Origin: Podarcis bocagei
Lineage: Eukaryota
Length of the DNA stretch: 64,000 nucleotides
NCBI GenBank assembly: GCA_964188305.1
Contig: OZ076900.1
Reading direction: 5' to 3' (one strand)
A program made the translations under genes and the position numbers. The notes beneath the pieces were generated by a model. The model was not told where the DNA came from. It saw only the letters and a list, made by a program, of their open reading frames with translations, and ran no database searches. The stretch's first letter is position 1, and each line of letters begins with the position of its first letter. Of the stretch, positions 39,901 to 48,292 are shown in pieces.

Positions 39901-40988
39901 GTCACCCAGGTATCGTCCGCATGAAAGCTCTGGCCAGGAGCTATGTCTGGTGGCCAGGCATTGATGCGGAATTAGAAGAATGGATCCGGTGCTGCCAGAC
40001 CTGCCAAGAGTTCCGACCGGCCATGCCCCAGTCCCTGATCCAGCCGTGGGAGATGACGCGAAAACCATGGTCAAGACTCCACATTGATTTTGCTGGCCCG
40101 CTCCAAGGTCAGACATTCTTGATCATTGTGGACGACTTCTCAAAGTGGCTTGAGGTGGTGCCAGTCTCAGCAATGAACTCCAAGGTCGCCATCTGGGCCC
40201 TGAAGTGGGTCTTCACCACACATGGCCTGCCAGACATCATTGTGTCCGATAATGGAGCACAGTTCACATCGGCTGAGTTCCAGAAGTTCATGGCTGACAA
40301 CCTAATCCAGCATGACACATCATCACCATTTCACCCATCAACAAACGGACAGGCCGAGAGAATGGTGACGACCACCAAGGAATCCCTCACCCGGATTGTC
40401 CAGGGGGACTGGAACCAGCGCTTAGCAGATTTCCTGCTGCAGCAGCACATCACGCCCTGCACCGCCACAGACCGAAGCCCAGCAGAGCTCCTCATGAACC
40501 GGAAGCTGGCATCGCTCCTGGATCGGCTGCACCCCAAGCTTGCATCTGATTGGCCTCCAGGCCAGGAGCCTCCAGCGGCCCCCATGTGCTTCACCCCAGA
40601 TGACCCTGTCTACACCCAGAACTATGGAGATGGCCTTGCCTGGATCCCTGCTGCTACCAGGGCAACTTGGCCAGTCTCTTACAAGGTTGCCATGCAAGAC
40701 AGTCGGGTCCACCGCCAGCATGTGGACCAAGTGTGGCACCACCTAACTGATGCCCCAGCTCCAGCTGCCACCACCACACCAAAGCACAGGGATGAAGTGA
40801 ATGATCAGCTCGGCTCACAGGCTGATGCACCCAAGGAGGACCCTGTGTTCCCAGGAAGTACAGAGGAATGGGGCCCTGGCACTGCACCGCCAGACAGCGC
40901 CAAGGCAACAACACTGGTGACACCCATGACACCAGCTCCAACACAATCTCTAAATGACCCAAGGGAGCGAGCTCTGCCGCTCTCATAA
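36972..40988 (+). CDS. Gypsy gag-pol polyprotein (gag with CCHC knuckle, aspartic protease, RT, RNase H, integrase), single open frame of 1338 aa
   Basis: CWECGKTGHIECTC zinc knuckle; EVDSGS protease; RT (RICADYK, KLDLTQAY, LQFGV, YFGDV where YxDD is mutated); RNase H (ACDVS, EALA, TDHKPL); integrase HHCC plus D-D-E (IDFAG, SDNG, QAERM). Domain order PR-RT-RH-IN is Gypsy. Confidence 0.92.
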   Translation: MATQDHIKQFDPTVPGKWNSYATKLEFFRVANNVTDPVLKRAMLFSVCGPATFKIPQALEAPTKLSEMTFNTIMLKLRTHFASQPLEIACQHEFYKRNQASGKSIEAFITTLRQDTHHCNFSDLEIMLHNRLVCNLRDEKLQQRLFAKKDLAFQVALDEALMAETVNKMMREIRQVQSPTMAWKAEAVHSEKIVDSEEGEEVLRLCLGLSKCFGQQRGAEVNCTSCGGQHECQSCRFCDVQCWECGKTGHIECTCQMKEQWGAPWHPTLGTGDGHCGTPGAIECHAISECTCTQEPAATSIQNAQPICEKIRVAVIIQGTPCEMEVDSGSALSVISAETYHHICQKGGAPCLQPFEVILTDFQGKQVPIQGIGMFTVQFKHFSGPLQLVVVKGHHTSLLGLNWFDALGIHITGVQHIGQSSYEAICDEFAAVFDVSLECYKGPPVALSLNPAVVPIRKKARQVPFALKPKIDAELDHLIKQGVIEPVLHAQWETPIVTCLKANGNVRICADYKCTLNKALQQHAYPVPVVSHLLASLASGKVFAKLDLTQAYQQLPVDEATSEAQTIVTHHGAFRVKRLQFGVSVAPGLFQNLMEDVLKGLPGVIPYFGDVLIAGESEAELACRLREVLCRFQDAGLKVKKEKCQLGVPEVEFLGFLINADGIHPTPAKVKAIHSAPPPRCKQELQSFLGLLNFYHSFIPHKAATAEPLHQLLNKKAPWIWGCAQDTAFNAVKHLLSSDSVITHFNETKPVVLACDVSPYGIGAVLSHQLPDGREAPIEFYSRTLSSMECNYAQIDKEALAVVAGVNKFHNYIYGHHFTIVTDHKPLLGLFAPDRQTPQILSPRMLRWSIFLNAYDYALQHRPSKSLSHTAALSHLPLPDIDADPSPAHSVMLLETLPQPPLHTTDVAMHSAKDRTLSRVLNWVWRGWPVGHLDAKFSPFISRQHELSVHKGCLLWGNRVVIPAKLQTRVLEALHVSHPGIVRMKALARSYVWWPGIDAELEEWIRCCQTCQEFRPAMPQSLIQPWEMTRKPWSRLHIDFAGPLQGQTFLIIVDDFSKWLEVVPVSAMNSKVAIWALKWVFTTHGLPDIIVSDNGAQFTSAEFQKFMADNLIQHDTSSPFHPSTNGQAERMVTTTKESLTRIVQGDWNQRLADFLLQQHITPCTATDRSPAELLMNRKLASLLDRLHPKLASDWPPGQEPPAAPMCFTPDDPVYTQNYGDGLAWIPAATRATWPVSYKVAMQDSRVHRQHVDQVWHHLTDAPAPAATTTPKHRDEVNDQLGSQADAPKEDPVFPGSTEEWGPGTAPPDSAKATTLVTPMTPAPTQSLNDPRERALPLS

Positions 40989-41217
40989 TCTTGAGGACTA
41001 TGTGTGTTGATGGGGGTTAGGGTTCGTGCCAAAGGGGAAGGGAGTGTTATGTATTCAGTGGTCTATGTCCACCTGAGTTTGAGTCTGGACTAAGGATTCT
41101 GAGTCCCTCTCTTCTGATTCAGTACATATCCATTATCAGGGTTGGGGCTACTGGCATTGGCTCTTAAGGTCCAAGTTACGATTCACAGCTTGGGGGTTTT
41201 GACAGCAAATCACGTTG

Positions 41218-41500
41218 TTCATTTATTTCAGTAATTCAACTTAAAAGATGAAACTAATATAGGAGATAGACTCATGACATGCAAAGCATTTTATGTCAAG
41301 CCTTTATTTGCTATAATTGTAATGATCATGGTGTATAGCTGATGAAAACCCCAAATTAACAATCTCAGGGCCCAAACCAAGTACTGAGTACATATGCATG
41401 CTTCTACTTCTCAGAGGTGCAATATTGCTCTATTTGCAGTCCTTGTTTTGCTGATTTCATTTAATATTCTAATTTTCTGAGATTGTTAATTTGGGGTTTC
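41218..41500. mobile_element. Internally deleted Tc1-like DNA transposon remnant inside the 3' LTR
   Basis: Perfect 23-bp inverted repeat AAACCCCAAATTAACAATCTCAG (41346-41368) / CTGAGATTGTTAATTTGGGGTTT (41477-41499); the AT-rich context resembles Tc1 terminal regions. Confidence 0.5.
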
Positions 41501-42065
41501 TGCTTATTAAAACAATGCACTTTCAAGTCAGATATTTGACAAATCTTCCATCTGCCTCATTAAGTGTCACCTTCACAGAACGCTTTCAATCCATGCCCTT
41601 ATCGGTCATAGATGGATGATACAATGGAATACCTTTTGAAGAGAGACTCTGTCTGTGTGGGCAACAATTTGTAGAGGACATTTGCCATTACTTACTGCAA
41701 TGTCCACTATACAAATTGATTCATAAAACTGCTTTTCATGAAGAAAACAAATCTAACCAGGGTGGAGAGGGTGAAATGGCTGCTGAGTGATACTGATGGC
41801 TTTGTGACTTTTAAGGTGGCTCTCTATGCCACCTTATAAGGCAGCTAGGAAGATTAGTAATAAAGAACTGGATGGGCTAGAGGTCAATTGCAAAAGAGTC
41901 TCTGAGATCTAATCTGCACATTTTATTTGAGAATTACTTTTTATTCTGTGTAATAAGAAATTTTGGTAGATTTAATCATGGTTTTACTGCATATGTAGAG
42001 ATTACTGTCTGCTTGTTTTTCTTCTTTCTTCTTTGAACGTTGCCATGGCCTTTGGCTAGTGCAAT

Positions 42066-42150
42066 AATATTATAATATAATATAATATAATATAATATAA
42101 TATAATATAATATAATATAAGATATGATATGATATAATATAATAATATAA
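42066..42150. repeat. (TATAA)n microsatellite, probably the tail of a LINE 3' fragment (~41920-42065)
   Basis: Pentamer array TATAA/GATAT preceded by a T-rich, 3'UTR-like segment. Confidence 0.75.
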
Positions 42151-42914
42151 GCAGTTGCTTTGCCTTTGTTGTTCAGTTATGTTAGCTCAATAAAGTCCCT
42201 TGCTGTTATCACTGTGTCTTGCCTTGTAGAAACCCACGTACACTCCAGTAGTTTCTCTAGATTGTTAGGAAAAGGGGTGCATACACCCCTATCTTGTTGT
42301 GCTGTTTCATAACCATCTATAACAAATTTTCAAAAGCTTTATGGTTTGCAAAATTGACAATATGGCAGAATGCAGTCATAGAATATGCTTTTATGGTCTT
42401 ATTCACAAAGCGTTTTCACATTAACATGATTTTCTTTTTATAATATGTATACTATAATTCTAACTTAATGATAATGACAATTAGTGATACCATAAACTAA
42501 GCACTATATGACAAATCTCTCCCCCCACAATTTGAAAAGCATAACTCATTATTTTAAATTTAATGTTACCTTTCTTGGGTTGACAAAGAAAAACTAGAAC
42601 CACACACTTTATCAGTTGTTATTAAATTGTTTTGCACTCTCCGTGCAGTTATATGTAGGGTTTTTACCACAAACATAAGATCTGGAGTGATGTCACAATA
42701 TAGCAATTAGAATCAGGGGTAATGGCAGCTTTCCATTTTTAGCAAGAGTTCAAGCTGTGCATCACTTTGATGTTTTTCCTACATCTATATATTAAGTAGC
42801 TCACTATAGTAAATTATGCTAAATCTCGGTAGCATATACAAGAGACATAAGGTTAGAAAGTCAAATATTTTTCAAAACCTTGTTTCTTTTTGCCTCATGT
42901 ATAGGTAGCACCTT

Positions 42915-43005
42915 TTGATGAAACTGCGGGAGGCAGTGGAAGAAAGGAGTGCCTGGCGTGGTCTGGTCCATAGAGTCACGAAGAGTCGGACACGACTAAA
43001 CAACA
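42915..43005 (+). mobile_element. Ultra-short BovB 3' end (or BovB-tailed SINE fragment)
   Basis: GAAACTGCGGGAGGCAGTGGAAG...GTCGGACACGACTAAACAACA; 14-bp TSD ATAGGTAGCACCTT at 42901-42914 and 43006-43019. Confidence 0.9.
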
Positions 43006-45762
43006 ATAGGTAGCACCTTATCACTTCAGGAAAAGAAGTGTCGGATGGGGATTGTAGTGTTATTAGAATAAGAGGGCAATCTTAAGGCAAGAGCACCTTA
43101 GGATGCTAAAATCTCCAGCTCAGTCAGTTTTAAGTCTTCAACCCCAGCTTAGTCAAAAATATGCTGGAGTAGTTTGCTCATCCCAGCTAAGCCAAGGCTG
43201 GTGTAAGTCCTCCAAAAGGGGGGAAGGTGAGACCGGGGGTGGGTGGAACTGAGGCTGGATCCTAAACTTGTTCAGCTTGGTCATGTGACTATGAATCTGG
43301 CACAAAATGTTATTTTAAAGGCTTGTTTTCTCTCTGTCAGGGTTAAACAGAGCAGCAGCCTTGCTGCTGGATGGGGTTTGGATCTGATATGACATTACAC
43401 CAGCTGAACTTACACTGGCTTCAGGTTCATGTGCATAGCAATGCTCCCTATATTGCAAGAGCAGCATGCCTTAAGAAACTGAATGTGGAGGGACCTGCCC
43501 TTTTAAACAATGAAAAAATGGTAAGTCTGGCTGCTCAAACTACCATACTTTTGACCCTTCTCTCCCTTTTCAAAATCTCTTTTTTCTTACCTGCAAATAT
43601 TATAGCTTTCCTACCATTGGTATTAAGGTGAAGCACTGTGCCTAGTGTATTAAGAATCACATGGTGCTTGGCAATCCTATGGTCACACCATACTGGTGGC
43701 CAACTTACACCAGTGTAACAATGCCAGGGTAGCATAGTTGAAACTTTATTGACCCCAGCCCCAGCAGCAAAGTTGAAATAAAACAATGTAACAAACAGCA
43801 GTGAACATAGCAACTTCATTGGCCACTTCCTTAGTGACCATAGCACCACCAATGACTCCCACCAACCTGAGAGTAGCATGTCAACAATGTCTACAGGCAT
43901 TAAAACACCCAGGCATGAAAGCAACCAACCCATGCACGCCAAGGGGGAAATACTCCCATAAAACCATTGTCCCACATTACTTTCCACAGCAGTATTCCAC
44001 TGGTACGAGAACGAACCTCCAAAATATGGCTTCAGTCTGGAGGTCCCTGCACACAAGTTAAAACTAACACTGGGCCAAATTCCCCTCCTGGAAAATGGGG
44101 GAGGGGACAATTTTGTGCTATTTTGTGCAGTGAGGGAGAAATGTATCCAAACTTTTCAGGATTCATGCACCTTCCTTGTTTTTGCAGAAAGTGTTGTTGG
44201 TGAGACACTGTCGAGAGAACCTTGCACTGCTTACTGCCAACCACACTTCCCAGAATGCCTCAGGAATAATGAAGTGCAACATGGCATTACTCTCAAGGCA
44301 TTCCACGAAGTGCAGCTGACAAACAGCAGGGGAGGGAACCTTACACTGTCATGAGCAGTATGAGTCATTTTTAAGTTAACAAACAAGAAGAAAATGGAAA
44401 ATCCTTTGGGAAATCATATGGTTAAGTAAGGTAACCAGAAACCTGCTCCTGAAAATTTGGAGAAATTTATTTTCTCCACATATTTTCAAGATGGGCTGAT
44501 GCCTAAGGGGGTTTAGGATTTGGACTAAGCCCATACATTTCCCTGTGTCCATAGAACTGTCCATTTTATCCCATTTGGAAGAGTGAGCAACAGTAACCTT
44601 CTACAGTACCTTGATCACTTAAACAGGTGGGTAAAATGCACACATTCCCTCTAACTGTATCCCTTTCAGTATTTTTAAAACTAAAATAATTATGTAAGAT
44701 TACATATAGTTTACTGACTTGCTTGATAAAAATATGATTTGTGTAATCCTTGTGACTGTAAACAGGAAATGCTAATAAAGCATTTATCTTCCTGATAGGT
44801 AAAAGCAGGTCTGTCATAGTGACTGTCAAAACAAACCAGTGGACTCAGATGAAAGAGCAAGTAAACAAATATTTTCTGGGAAATTTCTTCCACATTGCCT
44901 TCAGCAAAAATTCAGTTCTTGTAGCAGACAAAACAAAATCAATTTTATTCACAAAACCAGTCTCTTTCTTTCCCAGTGTTTGTAAAACTGTATCATTTGC
45001 TCTGCAAATCAGTAACAATAATGAGTGATTCTCTTCTAAATGTTCATATAATTTCTCATCCTTATAATTTCATGTGTTACTGTCTTTTCTGAAGATACCT
45101 TGCTTATGTTTACTAATAAAAAAAACCTTCGTAATTTTTAAATTTTCAAGATGCCTTTTCTGGGATGCATTTGATATTTGAGTATGTACTGGATGAATAA
45201 AGGAAGCAGAAAAGGGGTGTGTTAGTAGCAGAACCACATTCTACTATTTTCACACAGTGCATAAATACTAAGCAGCTCCCCAAGAGCTTCATCCACAGTA
45301 CATTCTTATGGACTATGTATTAATCAGGAATTTTTTTAGACCTTTAACAACTTTGGCTGCAATCTTTTACACACATTTAAAACTCCCCTTGAATCCAATG
45401 GGACTTAATCCTGAGTAAGACAGCAACTGGAATTTAAGTGATACAAAGTTCTGTAATCACTTTATTATAAAGTATAGTAGACTGATTAGAGAATCCACTG
45501 TAGGAAGTAGCATTCATTTTCTTCTGTGAAGCGCTTAAATGTCATTCTGTTAGCAAGCTGATGGAAGCAAACTACTTCTCCCAACTAAGAATGGCTAGTA
45601 TAATGCACAACATCAACATTTTTCAAAATGAAGCCATTACACCTTTAAAATATTATTTCAAAATGGTGACACAGAAACACATGTAATACTGCACATAGGC
45701 AGCATGTTAGCATCACATTAGTTCAAAATAAAAAGAAAAGCTACAGATGGCAGCATATCTAC

Positions 45763-45826
45763 TCATTGCAGGGGGTTGGAATAGATGACCAACGAAGTCG
45801 TTTCCAACTCTACAATTGTATGATTC
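45763..45826 (+). mobile_element. CR1 extreme 3' end
   Basis: GCAGGGGGTTGGAATAGATGACC...TTCCAACTCTACAATTGTATGATTC. Other CR1 3' fragments at ~1490-1645, ~22100-22330, ~27860-28020 and ~28700-28930. Confidence 0.7.
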
Positions 45827-46997
45827 CCTTAAAAGACCCAGGGAGCAATTCTAAAACCTGTTTAGGTTCAATTGGTATAAAATTTTGCTGCCATCTACAG
45901 AGATGCCTCAGCTCTCCCACATGGATACAGCCCTGGTTCTTCAGCTTCACCTGTAGACAAATGGAGAGCTGTGTGAGAGCATAACTTAAGAGCCTTCTGT
46001 CCCTTCACTGTTCATAGTAAAAGGTAAGTTGTAGTGGTTGTGTTAAATGGAACAGTACAGTTTGAAAGGCAAGCCAGATTCTTGCTGGAGAACCAACTCT
46101 GAACCTATTCATTGTAGGCAGGTACATGAACAGGACTTTCATCTTTCTCCTTTTGTAGGAAGTCATAAAACAGAACAATAGTGTACTCATATCTGATAGC
46201 CAGAGTGACATATTAGTTTGAGTATCAGGCAAAGACCAGGGAGATCCAGGTTCAATTCTCTCTTCAACCATGAAGCTTACTAGATGACCTTGCACCAGTC
46301 ACTACCTCCCTGCCTAATCTACTGCACAAAGGTGTTGTGAGGATAAATGAGTAGGGGAAAGCTTTGTAAACAACATCATGTTCCTCAAAGGAAGGCAAAA
46401 AATAAATATATGAACCTGCTTTCAGCTGTTAATAAATTTATTTCCAAACTGTCTACAGTAACTCAACACTGTACAAATATAAAACTTCTAAAGTACAGCA
46501 TCCTTTTGGAAGTCCTTACTTGCCCCTGAAATCTTGAAACTTGAGTGTGAGAAACTTGGGACTGAATATGCCATTTAAAATTGATTCCTGAATGTGCACA
46601 TTAACTATCTGAATCTCAAAGGCACATAACACAAGCATTGCTTTTGCATTTTGTACCTTAGTTTGTAAAAAAATTGTCAGGATCAAGCAAACACTCTAAT
46701 TGCAAATGATGAGTTATATTATGAACATACAAATGTTCATTGTGATCTCTCGATCTGGGTGGAGAGGAAAATAAGTTTTCTTCCTCTTAAATAATAATTT
46801 GAACTGCAGATCTTCCAATGAAACAAATTAGCCACAAATCAAGGATGAACAAAAGGAAGTACTACTTGCATAGCATATAATTTGTAAAATTCACTGTCAT
46901 AAGATGTGGTGATGCCTAGAATTGTAAAGGGGTTTAGACAAATGCACAGAGCATAATGGCTGTATGCAACCTCAATGTTCAGGAGCATTATTGCTTG

Positions 46998-47164
46998 GGC
47001 TGCATTCAAGCCATACATTTAAAGCACATAACTTCCCTCAAATAATCCTGGAAACTTTAGTTTACTCATCACAGAGCAACAATTCTCAGTAATCTGAACA
47101 AACCAATTTCCAAGATTCTTTGGGAGGAAATCATGTGCTTTAAATGTATGGCTTGTATGCAGCC
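46998..47164. mobile_element. Harbinger-like palindromic MITE nested in a CR1 3' fragment (~46900-47300)
   Basis: 31-bp TIR GGCTGCATTCAAGCCATACATTTAAAGCACA with 1 mismatch. Confidence 0.75.
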
Positions 47165-48014
47165 ATAAGGTATGTTTCTGGGAAGCAACAATGGCCGAAT
47201 GTTGCTGCCATTATGCTGTGCTTGTGGGCTTCCCAGAGGCATTTGGTAGTGGGGTGGTGCTGCTGAACTAGGTTGGAATTTAGTCAAATCTAGCAGAGCA
47301 TTTACATTTGTAATCATTTTAATATCCAGGACTGATAGATTTGCATTTACATTGCATTTTTGGGGAGCCCATTGAAAATGGCTGTGAGGGTGGCATTTGA
47401 ACTTGTAGAATACAGTGGTTCCCTAAAATATAGAACAGTGCAATCATAACCATCTCTATTGTGAAGTCTTGCTGATTACAATGGGGTTTATTCCATCAAG
47501 GATTGCTACCTAAATATGTCTTCCCAAGTACTTTCCACAAAGTGATATCCTCTTCGTGTTCTGTTCAACCTTTTTACCTCAGATCTTATTTTACTCCTTA
47601 ATATCACCTCCCACATTCTACACTACAGATACAAAATCAGCTTGGGAAGGGTGATCAGAATAATTCACTACTCTGAACAAATCTGCAGCTTCTCAGATGT
47701 ATTGTTTTGAGTGCTTTAATTAATTTTGAATTTAAATTGTGAGGTTATTTTTCAAGAATAGCTTTTAAAAAAGCAACACTTAAAAAACCTGAAAAGCAAA
47801 CATATCTGGTAACACTACCATCCACAAAGAAAGCTCCTAATGATTAAAATATGTCTTTGCTATGAGCTTTTAGCCTAGGCAAATGACACAGCCCTATGTT
47901 AGGACACAAGGCTAAGTTCAGAAATCATGTTTCTTTTCTGTTTCCTTCCCATTTTTATGATATTGTTACACAGGTTAATAAGCTCCTCTTCTTGTTTGTT
48001 GTTATCCTGAAAAA

Positions 48015-48292
48015 CCCCCCATCCTGAGGTAAAAATTTACTCCCACCTACCTGCTGCATGAAGGCAGATATTGCCCCATCTGAAGCAAATTTCTTCCCAT
48101 CTACCTATTGCGTGAAGAGATATTGCCCCACTTGAGGAAAATTTACTCCCCTCTACTTGCCGTGTGAAAAAAGGTACAGTATTGCCCTACCTGATGTAAA
48201 TTTCCTGCTGTGTGAAGAGAGAAATCCCCCTCCCTTCTCCCCCCCCTTGAGGTAAATCGTCCCTCCCCATCTATCAACTGCGAAGGAAATGC
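48015..48292. repeat. Degenerate minisatellite, about 5 copies of a ~53-bp unit
   Basis: Recurring CCC(A)xxTGAGGxAAATTT...CCCxxCTACxTG...GTGAAG...TATTG. Confidence 0.75.

Larger units (their letters stand above)
36490..42247 (+). mobile_element. Full-length Ty3/Gypsy LTR retrotransposon
   Basis: 5' LTR 36490-36793 and 3' LTR 41045-42247 both start TGTTATGTATTCAGTGG and end ...ACACT(T/C)CA. 5-bp TSD GTAGC/GTAGT; PBS at 36795; PPT AAAGGGGAAGGGAG at 41031-41044; internal gag-pol ORF. Confidence 0.93.
41045..42247 (+). repeat. 3' LTR of the Gypsy element, interrupted by about 930 bp of foreign sequence
   Basis: LTR homology at 41045-41217 and ~42149-42247 (includes AATAAA); the intervening sequence is absent from the 5' LTR. 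Confidence 0.82.

Noticed and set aside
36972-40988. Active autonomous retrotransposon, or orthologue of mammalian RTL/PNMA genes
   Set aside because: RT YxDD is YFGD and the last RNase H Asp appears lost. LTRs and TSD are still visible, so it is a lineage-specific insertion, far younger than the mammal-reptile split.
1-48000. Numerous 60-200 aa ORFs in the upstream region as host genes
   Set aside because: They fall in TEs or look random, many have non-ATG starts, and there is no coherent exon structure or recognisable domain.
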